From Eledone cirrhosa (Eukaryota): a DNA stretch of 64,000 bases. The stretch spans positions 10,416,001 through 10,480,000 of the forward strand of contig OZ024755.1 in assembly GCA_964016885.1 (NCBI GenBank), written 5' to 3'. Below the pieces are notes generated by a model that ran no database searches, was not told where the DNA came from, and worked only from the letters and a program-made list of their open reading frames with translations. Position numbers and translations under genes: made by a program. Positions 1 to 12,106 of this stretch are shown here, piece by piece (the stretch's first letter is position 1; every line of letters starts with the position of its first letter).

Positions 1-354
1 TACAAGCAGGGATACGGTGTACCTAGTATCTATTCAAATATGATACCAAGTTTTTAGTCCTTCTTACGATAACCAAGAAGACAGTGTGCCTATTCTAAAC
101 CACACACACCAACACCAATAACCAATTCCTTGTTGTTAATAATTTTAATCCGAAGAAAGATACAGTTCATTGTGTAAGTAGCAGAGGTGTTAGGTTGTAA
201 AGACTCAGCTCATTTTTTAAGAAGGTAACAAGAACACTGACATCGCTAGTATAATAAATTGTGCAATGAGCAGCTAAAGTATACTTTAACGTCGTATCTG
301 TTAAGAAACATTTTACCGAAGCTGTGAATAAAACATGCTCACGTGTTTATATAT

Positions 355-475
355 ATATTATAAAGAGTTGAGCTCTTGTTGCTTCAACAGCTAGTTCCGG
401 GCTGCTGTTGAAACAGCAAGACTTCAGCAGTCGGGTTCCGACTCTTTATAATATAACTATAGTCCACTACCCCAG
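355..475 (+). mobile_element. Diverged fold-back PLE-like micro-element (family A-related) with hammerhead 3' half
   Basis: Inverted arms tattataaagagttg.../...cgactctttataata; gctgttGAAAC agcaagacttcagca GTC ggg at 404-435 parallels family A gccgtcGAAAC ggcttgagctcagcc GTC gggg; follows a short (TA)n. Confidence 0.55.
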
Positions 476-479
476 ACGG

Positions 480-630
480 TCAGCCTTGTTCCGTTGAATC
501 TCCTCGAGAATTACGTTCAGAGTTCACAAATCTGCGGAATGTTCAGTCACTTGTCGGTTAATTTCACGAGCAAGCTGTATCGTTGTTCAAACAACTAGAA
601 CGCTCGTCGTAGAAACAGACGAAGGTCCAA
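480..630 (+). mobile_element. SINE family 2, 3' tail fragment
   Basis: gaatctcctcgagaattacgtt...aatttcacgagcaagctg...aactagaacgctcgtcgtagaaacagacgaaggtcca matches the tail of the full copy at 4890-5233. Confidence 0.75.
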
Positions 631-797
631 CACACACATGATCCAGGATCTATGAAGTAAACACTGTCGAGTGAAAAGATTAAGCAGAATATAAATATAA
701 AGGTTTGTCTTCGTGTATGTTACATTTCACTTACAATACTAGTAACATTAATATATTAATACTTCACACATGAGACAAATATTTTAGGTGATAGTGT

Positions 798-973
798 AGT
801 GTGTAGAATGCCTGGCCATTTATAGTTCAGTGCCCAGAATACCTGGCCCTTTACAGTTCAGTGGGCAGTATACCTGCATAATTATTAAGTGGCCGTTTAC
901 AGTTCAATGAGCGGTTTACTTCAAATACGAAAGCTTAACCGTAACTCGGTAAACAGGCCAGGTCATTACACAG
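798..973. mobile_element. Small MITE-like element with imperfect terminal inverted repeats and internal ~31-bp tandem units
   Basis: gtgtagaatgcctggcc ... ggccaggtcattacac; the internal unit cctggcc(a/c)ttta(t/c)agttcagtg recurs. Confidence 0.45.
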
Positions 974-1057
974 CGTCTAGTACGTGTACTGATATTGCAG
1001 TAGACCACAACAAAGGAGTACCAACATTCGTCTTTTATAGACAGAACTGTTAATTAA

Positions 1058-1345
1058 AGGTGGATTAATGGTTAGTGTTCGACTCACGAGTGAGTGTAAA
1101 GTCTTGAGTCGATTCTCTGCGCTCCCTTGTGTCGTTTAGCACGACACTTTATTTCACATTGCTCCAGTACACCCAGCTGGCAGAAATGAGTTCAGCCTTT
1201 AGTTCAAAAGGTCGCTTTTGTCTCCCATTGTCACAACGAATCTCCCTGAGAAGAACTACATTAATGATATGCGTGTCTATGGAACGCCCAGACAGTTCTA
1301 ATGATTGCACTGCCTGGAACACTCGTCGTCGGAACTGATCAACAC
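1058..1345 (+). mobile_element. SINE family 2 (tRNA head, CORE-like centre, shared tail), diverged
   Basis: A-box-like tggattaatggtta, B-box-like gagtcgattct, gtgtcgtttagcacgacactttatttcacattgctccagt, tail gaatctccctgagaagaactac. Confidence 0.75.
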
Positions 1346-1447
1346 AGAACAACATAGTGAGCCTTTACTATAAAGCTTTGATCCTGTGTAGTTTCAAATT
1401 TCTGAGTTCGTGTCTGAACGTTGAACTTGTGGTTCGTTAGCAACAAC

Positions 1448-1792
1448 ATGGTCGAATGGTTAAGAAGATCGGTTTACAATCAGTCATTAGGTATCACGTT
1501 CGATCCCACTACGTTTCATCTAGGGGAAGTGTCATTTACCATTGCCTTGGGTTGACCGAAGCATGGCAGTCAAAGTGGGTAAATTGAAACTATGCGGAAG
1601 TCCCCCGGATTGACTGTATCAGTAATTCAAAGGGCCAGCCTTGTCACAGACCGTGTTAAGTTGAATTTCCTTGAGAATTACATTAAGGGTACACGTGCCT
1701 GTGGAATGTTCAGTTAATTGCATGTTAGTTTCACGAACATATTCCATTGATCGCACAACTGGACAATCATCGTCGAAAACGATGGAGGTTCA
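1448..1792 (+). mobile_element. SINE with tRNA-like head and family-2 tail
   Basis: tggtcgaatggttaag...gttcgatccc head; gtaattcaaagggccagccttgtcaca...gagaattacattaagggtacacgtg tail. Confidence 0.7.
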
Positions 1793-2079
1793 TTCCATTC
1801 CATCAAGTAGCTCAGATTTTCACTTTACTAAATGTCATGTGTTGTAAGAGTGGACAGCTTACATATTTAATGTCCATGAAGAAGACAGACGAACTACACT
1901 TCAATCACATTCTTCTTAAGGCTTCTTAGGCAAGTATCATGTACCATAGCCTCAAGTTGATCCAACTTTTCTGAGTGTAATTAGGTAGGCGGAAACTGTT
2001 TAGAAGCCCGTCGAATTACACCTGTAATTCAAAGAGTCAGCTTTGACACACACAATGCCACTAATATTTAGTTGAAAGT

Positions 2080-2175
2080 TACCGTGTTTCCCCTATTATA
2101 AGGCAGATCTTATATTATTTTCCCCTAAAAAAATTAAAAAAGGTACTAGGGTTTATTTTTGAGGTAGGGCTGTAC
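2080..2175 (+). mobile_element. Probable TcMar (Tc2/pogo-type) MITE end
   Basis: Begins taccgtgtttcccctattataagg, with a partly complementary gggtttatttttgaggtagg; resemblance to Tc2-type TIRs is from recall only. Confidence 0.35.
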
Positions 2176-3000
2176 TAAAAAAAAATAACAGCACAAGAGG
2201 TATGATATACATAGAAGTATCATTATACTGATGTCAAAAGTAAAAAGAAAACAAATAACAGAAGCACTCATCGGAACCGAGGGGGTACAACACACGCTGG
2301 TTCTCCGCGAGAACTACACTAAGGGTACACCTGTTTGTAGAATACTCAGTCATTTGCACATTTATTTCACGAGCATGTTGTTCCATTATTCAAATAACTG
2401 AAACATTCATCATCGAAACTGACGGAGGTCCAACGGACACAGAGACATTACTGCATATTTCAAACTACTGATAAAATAAAAGTGCTAGGTAAGGGGGAGT
2501 TAGAAGAAACCACTTGACACTAACTAGGTTTATCTTGCCTTCAAGAAACTGACAAAAATTTCAAACCACAAGACTACACCCCCTCTCTCTCTCTTTCTCT
2601 TTCTCACTCTCTATCTCTCCCCCCTCCCCTCTCAACCAATCTATCTATCTATCTCTCAGTGGTTGGTGTTCTGCTAAACATGACCTATTGTACTGCCAAT
2701 TTAAACTGTGGGTAACAACATATTAGCAATACTGTACCACTAAATATCTCGTGGAATGCTCAGCCACTTACCAAGACGTTGATTTCATGAACAGACAGTT
2801 CTGTTAATTAAATTAACTGGAACACTCGTCGTCGAAAACAACGGAGGTCCAAATAAATAACAAAACATTCAGCAACTGACGGAATTTAGAAACACACTTT
2901 CCATTCGTTGTTAACAATTGCCCCTTAAATATTCTTTTACTGGTTTCAGTCCAGTCATTACACAGAGCGGCGACACTGTATGTGTGTGGTATATATAAAT

Positions 3001-3352
3001 TATAAAGAAAACGAAAAATCAGTGATGCATATATATATATATATATATATATATTTATTTATTTAGGCTTGTTGGTTCACCACTGGATAGAATTGGTCAT
3101 TCCGTATGGTCAATCTTATATATATATATATATATTTATTTAATCTGTTATTTTAATAAATAAATATATATATATATAAGATTGACCATACGGAATGCAA
3201 TTCTATCCAGTGGTGAACCAACAAGCCTAAATAAATATATATATGCATCACTGATTTTTCGTTTTCTTTATAATATCTACACTCTACTCCGCTGAATATC
3301 GAGTGCTAATTTTGGCATACCGCCTATGGAAGCACCATAGCTACCATTATAC
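3001..3352 (+). mobile_element. Fold-back PLE-like element: ~135-bp inverted arms plus one-sided tail
   Basis: 3001-3140 is the reverse complement of 3156-3272 apart from (TA)n length and a small indel; tail acactctactccgctgaatatcgagtgc...agctaccatt, a diverged part of which recurs reversed at 33849-33905. Confidence 0.7.
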
Positions 3353-3354
3353 AC

Positions 3355-3396
<42 letters not shown>

Positions 3397-3413
3397 GTGT
3401 GTGTGTATATATA

Positions 3414-3482
<69 letters not shown>

Positions 3483-3488
3483 TATATA

Positions 3489-3591
3489 TACAAGGTGTCC
3501 CAAAAAATGTATTCAGACTTTGATTACCTGTACTGGCAATATGTATTAGAATGCGGTTGCAGTATGTATACATTTTGGGTGGAAGACCATG

Positions 3592-3593
<2 letters not shown>
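3489..3593. mobile_element. Tc1/mariner-type MITE (~100 bp) flanked by (TA)n
   Basis: tacaaggtgtcccaaaaaatgtat ... atacattttgggtggaagaccatgta imperfect TIRs, TA on both sides. Confidence 0.55.
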
Positions 3594-3623
<30 letters not shown>

Positions 3624-4339
3624 CACACACACAGTACAAAATGCAACCTGCTTATGTGTAAGAGTGGACAGCTAACATATTCAATGTCCATGAAAAAGAC
3701 AGGCAAACTACACTTCAATAACTTTCTTCTTACGGCTTCTTGGACAAATGTCATTTACCATAGCCTCGAATCAACCCCTGCTTTGTGAGTGTAATTAGGT
3801 AGACAGAAACTGTTTGGAAGTCCGTTGGTTTCAGTCATTAGATTGCGGCCATGTTGGGATGGTGTTTATAAATAAACATGCATATATGTGAGTGTGTGTG
3901 TGTGTAGGAAAAGCAAAAGGCCTGCAGGGATAAAAAATCCTTTGGTCTCTGCAAATCATTTGCTTTTCCTTTCAATACATATCTGTGATGCTGCTTATTT
4001 TCCAATCTTTTGGACCTTGTCACGGATTTATTTTATCTGCTTGATTAATAACCATAACAACACATATTAAGCTACCCAGCATCTTGTTTAGTCAAAACTA
4101 AGTAGATATCTCGATTTATAAATCTTTACGTGTATATATATATATACATTTGTTACTGTCCCATGTACACTGGAGCCAGTGGTTACGACCATAAAATATC
4201 GAAACCACGATGACCTAATGAGAAGGGACTGTACTGTGTTTCATTCGTTTTTCCCTTGTTTTTGCCCACTGTGTTTGATTCATTATATGATCTTAGCCAT
4301 GCAAAATACTTTTGCAAATGCACACACACACCACACAAA

Positions 4340-4373
<34 letters not shown>

Positions 4374-4374
4374 A

Positions 4375-4435
<61 letters not shown>

Positions 4436-4614
4436 CTACCTCGCCCTCCTCCTGCCTATTTCCAAATTTTTCCTCTAAACCAAAATATATAGAAAAATCT
4501 GTGTTCAGAATTACATTCTTTTAACTTCTCTGTCATTAGATTCATAATTAATTTCTTGATTTTAATATGTAATGAAGTTGAGAATGAGGTAAAATCTAAA
4601 CGTTTAGTGTGTGT

Positions 4615-4693
<79 letters not shown>

Positions 4694-4727
4694 AATAAGG
4701 GCGCTGCGGAGTTGCAAATGGGTTACA

Positions 4728-4812
<85 letters not shown>

Positions 4813-4889
4813 TACACTCACACTTGTAGTATAAATGTATTGTGGTGCATATTCCGTGTTAATGTATAACTTTTAAAAATATAAAGTGA

Positions 4890-5233
4890 TGGCGTGTGCC
4901 TTAATGGTTAAGGAGTTCGCTTCACGATCGTAATGTCGTGAGTTCGATTCCCGGACCCGGCGGAGCGTTGTGTTCTTGAGCAAGACACTTTATTTCACGT
5001 TGCTCCAGTCCACTCAGCTGGGTGGGGTGGGGGTGGGGATATCAGTTGTATCTGTAATTCAAAGGGCCTGCCTTGTCACACACTGTGTCAACACTGAATC
5101 TCCCTAAGAATTGCGTTATCGATACACGTGTCTGTGGAATGCTCAACCACTTGCACGCACGTTAACTTCACGAGCAAACGGTTCCGTTGTTCAAACAACT
5201 GGAACACTCATTGTCGTAACCGACGAAGGTCCA
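4890..5233 (+). mobile_element. SINE family 2, near full-length
   Basis: tRNA-like head (ccttaatggttaagg; gagttcgattccc), CORE-like gtgttcttgagcaagacactt, tail ending gtcgtaaccgacgaaggtcca followed by an A-rich (caaaa)n. Confidence 0.85.
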
Positions 5234-5637
5234 GCACAAAAAAAAACAAAACAAAAAAAAACAACAAATGGAGGTGGGGATAAAATCTTTCTCCTCTCAA
5301 ACACATTTTTTTTTTCCTTCAGAGAGACCCTCTTGAAATACTGCCAAAAATGTCTCCCAACCCTTTACAAATAAACTGACTTATTACACTGCCTGATGAA
5401 CCCACCTACGTATTGAGAACTTTTTAGAAAAAAAAATCAAAACAAAAAAACAAAAACGAAAGCAAAAAAAAAAAAAAAAGATCAGTAGTTTTTTGGGGTA
5501 TTTTTTCTCATTATTTATTAACTTTTCGAAAGAATATTTGTGCTGTGAATATAATTGTATGTAGATTTAGTTTTTACCAGAGGCCGAACTTTTCTCAGTA
5601 GTTCATAAACCACACTTAGATTAACACATACACGCAC

Positions 5638-5740
<103 letters not shown>

Positions 5741-6017
5741 ACAGTTCCTCACTCTGATCCTCTCCGTTCACTCTCCTTTTTTATATTCGTTCAATCTTAT
5801 CGCTAATCGATATATTATTCAAGACGATCGATCCAATGGACGAGATTATTATTATTATTATCATTATTATTATTATGAATTTCCATTTGAATGCAAAAAG
5901 AAAATACGATGATGTTCTTTTGAATTTTTATTACAATATACATACACATACATGCATATATATATATACATACTCATACATACATACATATATATATATG
6001 TGTGTGTGTATATATAT

Positions 6018-6091
<74 letters not shown>

Positions 6092-6297
6092 TTCGGGTCT
6101 GTTACTGTGAAGAGTCATGTAAGCGGCATAACAAAATTAACTAGTCTTCGGAAACAAGGGGTAATACGCCTCAGTAAAGGAGTAAATTGCGGTGTATTTA
6201 TTAAAACAATCGAACATTAACCAAAATGTTTCCAGCCTCTCAAACTATACCAATGAGAGCCAAAACGATTTTGCCCTATTATTATTATATATATGAT

Positions 6298-6490
6298 GGC
6301 AGTGGTTTGGCCGAACCGTTTGGGCGTCACACAAAATTTTTGGCAGCATTTACTTACGGCTCTTTGCGTTCTGAGTTCAAATACTGCCCAGGTCAAGTTT
6401 GCCTTTCATCCTTCAGGGGTCGATAAAATAAAAGTACTAGTCAAATATTGGGTCGATTTTCGTCCTCCCTTGTGCCTAAATCAAAAGCAT
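6298..6490 (+). mobile_element. SINE family 1, diverged
   Basis: ctgagttcaaat...tttgcctttcatccttcaggggtcgataaaataaagtact core. Confidence 0.75.
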
Positions 6491-6559
6491 TATTTTATAC
6501 GAGAGGATTATTTCATAATGAAAAAAAAAAAAAAAAATTATATTATTATCGGTGTATCA

Positions 6560-6840
6560 TTAAGTCCCGGGTTCGATCTGAATGCGGGTCAACCCATGCT
6601 TTGTGATTGAAATAACATAGACAGGAACTGTTTGGAAGTCCGTTGGATTGATTGTACCTGTTATTTAAAGCGCCAACCTTGTGGCATACTGCCTCACGCT
6701 GAATCTCCCTCAGAATTACATCAAAGGTACACTTTGATGTACATAAAGATACACAAAGCCACTTGCACGTTAATTTCATAATCAAGCTATTCTGTTGATC
6801 AAACAACTGGAACACTCATCCTGGAAAGCGACGGAGGTCC
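6560..6840 (+). mobile_element. SINE with family-2 tail
   Basis: gggttcgatc B-box; gaatctccctcagaattacatcaaaggtacac...cacttgcacgttaatttc...acggaggtcc. Confidence 0.65.
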
Positions 6841-7197
6841 GGTTTATTGACATGGTGTGTCAAATAATTTCACTTCCTCACTGAAGCTCACTGAAACAAG
6901 CCCAGTCTTGAAAGATCAACAGTTGTTTTCATACTAAGATTCAATTAATTTCGTTCAGGTCATTAAGGGTTTTCTACTATAATTAATTACCATTCAGGTA
7001 TTCTATACAGATTTCGAAACAGAGTTTGATGTTGATTTTTAATTAAATCTCTTTAGACACAATTTTAATTGTTTTAAGTACAATTTTGTTTGTTTGTTTC
7101 TTTAATTAATATTTCAAAATGCGTGTTTCAACACCAAAGACAATGGCTAGGACAGTGAGAGAGAGAGAGAGGGGGAGAGATGGAGAGAGAGAGTGAG

Positions 7198-7255
<58 letters not shown>

Positions 7256-7622
7256 CACTGTGTCCTTACTCAAATTTTTAATTCTTTAACCGGGGTATTA
7301 ATTTTAGATGTCGGCTCTTCTTTCATATCTTACATTACATTATATTATATTAAAATAATGATCACGTATTTAACCATCGAAGAAAAAAAAACGAATATTG
7401 ATGTAATCACATCTGTATTATTTATTATCTAGAAACTAGTATTTCGAAATCTGTGAAAATGTTAAAGCTCAGTTAGAAAAGATGAAAAAAAACGTTGGCG
7501 ATTCATATAACCATGTATTATTGACGGACGTGAGAAAAAGTACTCAATACTGATGTAGTGTTAATGGCTTGTTACTGCACAGATGAAACTCCAGAGTAAC
7601 AAGGCTCAACTCTTACACCATG

Positions 7623-7687
<65 letters not shown>

Positions 7688-7692
<5 letters not shown>

Positions 7693-7993
7693 AAAAAAGA
7701 TGAAATCGAAAATGCAACTGGAGTCTTTTTTTTTTTTTATATATATATTTATTTGGTTCCTTTACCGGTTTCGCAGTTCTGCTTTTCAAAAGTAGAATTG
7801 AAATGGAGGGTTTGTGGTTTTTCCACAAACCCTCCATTTCAATTCTACTTTTGAAAAGCAGAACTGCGAAACCGGTAAAGGAACCAAATAAATATATATT
7901 AAAAAAAAAAAAAGACTCCAGTTGCATTTTCGATTTCATCTTTTTTCCTTATACTTTCACTCGTGTAGCACACCTCGGTTAGTTTTCATTTTG
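7688..7993 (+). mobile_element. Fold-back PLE-like element family C: ~130-bp near-perfect hairpin plus tail
   Basis: 7688-7817 is the reverse complement of 7823-7952 with a 5-nt loop; gcGAAAC CG GTA at 7868-7877 is followed by aataaa; preceded by (TA)n; the same arm recurs at 11444-11578. Confidence 0.8.
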
Positions 7994-8025
7994 TAAAAAA
8001 ACCTCACTTTCTAATATATATAATA

Positions 8026-8179
8026 TAGAAAAGACTTCTACAGGACTAGAACTGTTTCATTCAGGAGAAATGAAACAGTTCTAGTCCTGTAGAAGCCTTT
8101 TCTAAATTAAATATTTATACTCTGCTTTGTATTGAGTACCTTACTTACTGTGGTTACCTCCGATTGAAACCGGGATTAA

Positions 8180-8181
<2 letters not shown>
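8026..8181 (+). mobile_element. Fold-back PLE-like element family B
   Basis: Arms tagaaaagacttctacaggactagaactgtttcatt / aatgaaacagttctagtcctgtagaagccttttcta; tail atactctgctttgtattgagtaccttacttactgtggttacc; homologues at 18041, 57781, 62141. Confidence 0.8.
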
Positions 8182-8235
<54 letters not shown>

Positions 8236-8800
8236 TCTCCGCTTAAATGCTTAATTTAGGTAATTAAACACAAGCCTGTTGACCTCTTCATATTTTCAGA
8301 CCAGTTGAATGTTTTGTTGTTTAAACTAAAAAGAAGACAGTCATGATAAATCACCATACTAAATACTTTCTCAAACATTCAATTCAGCCTTGGTTCCGAT
8401 TTTGCCCTTTGCCTTTCATATTTCCGGGATCCGATAATAACAATTTTTTTTTTTTTTTTTGTGTTTTCTTTTTGTCTTTTTTTGTAAGGTTTCTCTAGAC
8501 ATTGATTGCTAAGTGAAGCATGGTAATTGGCCTCAGATCAGCCATAATAATAATGATAATAAAAATAATGATAATAATAATAGCGAAATGCCTGCAATAC
8601 ACTGATGTCGAAGGTTCACTCGACTATACAAATAGGTTATGTGCCAACGTCCAAAGACGTAAAAGATCTGTTCATAAAATATGTGTGAATCTGTGAGTCT
8701 GCCAAGTGTGTCTCATCATTTAGTACTTCTGTTTCGAAATCTGCTAAAATATTAAAATATCAAGCACATTTAGAATGGTTGGAAGAAAGCGTTGGTGATA

Positions 8801-8845
<45 letters not shown>

Positions 8846-8847
<2 letters not shown>

Positions 8848-9005
8848 GAACCAGTAAGACCCCGACAGCTGAGCTCAAGCCGTCGAAACGGCTTGAGCTC
8901 AGCTGTCGGGGTCTTACTGGTTCCTATTACCCACTCTACTACCTCAAGTATTGAGTACTTTGGTGCGTTATGGTCCACCTGGTTCCTTACCACATTTCCT
9001 TCGTT
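8846..9005 (+). mobile_element. Fold-back PLE-like element family A inside (TA)n
   Basis: Perfect ~38-bp arms over 8846-8925; GAAAC ggcttgagctcagct GTC at 8885-8907; ~80-bp tail; homologues at 11868, 20001, 23863, 32761, 44254. Confidence 0.85.
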
Positions 9006-9039
9006 ATATATATATATATAGTAATAATAATAATAATAA

Positions 9040-9142
<103 letters not shown>

Positions 9143-9150
9143 TATGTATA

Positions 9151-9283
<133 letters not shown>

Positions 9284-9538
9284 CTTATTTGAGCACGATC
9301 CTTACTTGCGTTCTTTCAAACTAAACCGAAGACTTTTTTGTAATCATCATCATCATCATCATCATCATCACCATCATTACCATCATCCTCACCACCACCA
9401 CCACCATTATTTTATCATTATTATTATTATTAACATCATCATTATTAGTATTATTATTATACCAAAGTTGATAATCGTTGTTAACGTTTATTTCTTTTCT
9501 TTCATTTCTCACCATTAACTTTGCCTCATCAACACAAC

Positions 9539-9582
<44 letters not shown>

Positions 9583-9716
9583 CCATCACCATCACCATCA
9601 TCATCGTTGTTGCTGCTGTTGTTGTTATTTGTTAAAATTTAACAAAATGAAATATAATATTCTCCCTGATTACATAATATCTTCAGTTTAGGTTCAATTA
9701 TCTGGCTATGTAGCTC

Positions 9717-10045
9717 CATCGGACCAACGCAAATTCAAATATATTACCCCGTTAATTAAGACTAACGTACCAACCCAAATTTTAACATTATCCGGTTATT
9801 TAGCACCTTCGAAATTATCCGGTTATCAGACTATCGGACCGACACAAATTTCTAAATTATTCGCCATTTAACACCATCGGACCGACCCACATTTCTAAAT
9901 TATCCCCCATTTAAAACTATCGGACCGACCCACATTTCTAAATTATTCACCATTTAAGATTATCGGACCGACCCACATTTATAAATTATTCACCATTTAA
10001 GATTATCGGACCGACCCACATTTATAAATTATCCGCCAATTAACA
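9717..10045 (+). repeat. ~43-bp minisatellite, degenerate at the left end
   Basis: Unit tatcggaccgacccacatttataaattattcaccatttaagat, about 7 copies. Confidence 0.85.
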
Positions 10046-10224
10046 TCCAAATTTAAAATGCTCATTCCTAAAAGCAAAAATCCAAGGATGAAATTATAAC
10101 CGCTTTTTTTTTTACTTTATAAATCGACAAAGGGAATGAAATCGAATCGAAATTCAATAACAAACATTTGAAATTCATAATGAAAGAATTTATTATTATT
10201 ATTGATATTGTTATTATTATCATT

Positions 10225-10410
10225 GTGGATTGGCAGTATCGGTAGAGGGTCGGACGCCATGCTTTCCAGCATAGTTACGTCCCTTTACGATCTGAGTTCA
10301 AATCCCGCCGAGGTTGACTTTGCCTTTCATTCTTACGGGGTCGATAAAATAAAGTACCAGTATTGCACTGGGTAATTGCTGGCCTTGTGCCTAAAGTAGA
10401 AACAATTATT
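10225..10410 (+). mobile_element. SINE family 1, full-length (tRNA head plus Deu/Nin-like core)
   Basis: tggcagtatcggtagag A-box, gagttcaaatccc B-box, tttgcctttcattcttacggggtcgataaaataaagtaccag core, tail ccttgtgcctaaagtagaaacaattatt; more than 10 copies in the window. Confidence 0.85.
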
Positions 10411-10467
10411 AGAGTTTTTTTTTAATTCGATTTTGAATTTCAGTCTTTTTCTTTTTTTTTGGTAAAC

Positions 10468-10510
<43 letters not shown>

Positions 10511-10894
10511 TTCCAATATTTTACCGATTTCGATGAAAAGTTACATTTTTCAAACCGATAAAAAATACAAGTTTGAAACGGAATTCCTATAGCTGGCTAA
10601 AATGAAATAAAAAATAATGATAATGATGATAACTATGATGATGATAATTAAGGAGATGAAACGGAAAGGTTTAAACTTAACTTTCATTCACTTAGTGTTA
10701 CTGGGACTTACACCCACGCCTCTTCCCTCTTCAATCATTTCTGTTGCCCAGAGATCAGATGTATAAATATTGTTTGTGTAAATCAAAAGGTAAAAAGATT
10801 TTAAAAAATTAATTAATTATATATACATGTATATAGCTATAATATATATGTATACATATAGATATAAAAAAATATATATATGTATGTATATATA

Positions 10895-10963
<69 letters not shown>

Positions 10964-11230
10964 TCATATATGATGTATATATATATATATATATATCATA
11001 TATATATATACACTATATACACGCTATATATATTTATATTATATATATACAAATAATAACAAAACGTGAGTGGGGACGCTGTCCCCTTCATTGTTGCTAT
11101 GACGACGTCACGCCTGATGTCATTGTTTTATGTGAAGCGTCGTACTGACTGATTTTGTTTCATATTGAAATAAAGTGTTATATGTAATTAAACAGTTTTT
11201 CATTACTTATTCTTATTGTTATGATGATAT

Positions 11231-11305
<75 letters not shown>

Positions 11306-11408
11306 CATATACATATATATATATAGTAATAATAATAAATTTTAAGACTAAAATCCAAAGAGGGCTCAATAAGGATAAATATATATCAAATATATAAGAA
11401 CCCTAGAG

Positions 11409-11443
<35 letters not shown>

Positions 11444-11446
<3 letters not shown>

Positions 11447-11578
11447 AGAAAAACCACAAACCCTCCATCTCAATTCTACTTTTGAAAAGCACAAGAACTG
11501 CGAAACCGGTAAAGGAACCAAATAAATATTTTTTAAAAAGACTCCAGTTGCATTTTCGATTTCATTTTTTTTCCTTAT
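11444..11578 (+). mobile_element. PLE-like family C, single tail-less arm between (TA)n tracts
   Basis: Highly similar to 7823-7952; GAAACCGGTA at 11502-11511. Confidence 0.8.
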
Positions 11579-11605
11579 ATATATATATATCTATATATGT
11601 ATGTA

Positions 11606-11765
11606 TGTAAAAGGTAAACAGAAATAACAACACAATCGGTACAGTATATGGAAGGGATATATTAGGTTAACGCTTGATATGGCAGGAAGAAAGAGGGTCT
11701 TAACGTTTCGGACGCTAGTCCTTTATCAAAAGAAAGAATGAGAAATAAGATAGATTGAGGGGACG
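11606..11765 (-). mobile_element. PLE-like pseudo-LTR fragment (family F) containing a decayed complete minimal hammerhead
   Basis: Homologous to 37196-37337; minus strand reads tctt TTGATAA a ggac-tagc-gtcc GAAAC GTTA aga. Confidence 0.65.
11697..11733 (-). ncRNA. Minimal type-I hammerhead ribozyme motif with 2 core substitutions
   Basis: Short stem I (tct/aga), core TTGATAA versus canonical CTGANGA, stem II ggac/gtcc, GAAAC, palindromic AACGTT stem III. Confidence 0.55.
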
Positions 11766-11831
11766 GGCGGGTTGGAATTGGAAAAATGTCTTTAGATAAA
11801 AATAACAGTCCATTCATGTTGTCATCTCTTG

Positions 11832-11867
<36 letters not shown>

Positions 11868-11870
<3 letters not shown>

Positions 11871-12043
11871 AACCAGTAAGACCCCGACGGCTGAGCTCAA
11901 GCCGTTTCGACGGCTAATTCGACCCCGACGGCTTGAGCTCAGCCGTCGGGGTCTTACTGGTTCCTATTACCCACTCTACTACCCCAAGTATTGAGTACTT
12001 TGGTGCGTTATGGTCCACCTGGTTCCTTACCACATTTCCTTCG

Positions 12044-12045
<2 letters not shown>
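11868..12045 (+). mobile_element. Fold-back PLE-like element family A inside (TA)n
   Basis: Near-identical to 8846-9005 but with a different, rearranged junction at 11905-11930. Confidence 0.85.

Positions 12046-12106
<61 letters not shown>

Noticed and set aside
4890-4965. tRNA gene
   Set aside because: A and B boxes are present, but it continues into a multicopy SINE body and I see no proper cloverleaf
5020-5038. G-quadruplex motif gggtggggtgggggtgggg
   Set aside because: A local G-run expansion inside a SINE; no sign of function
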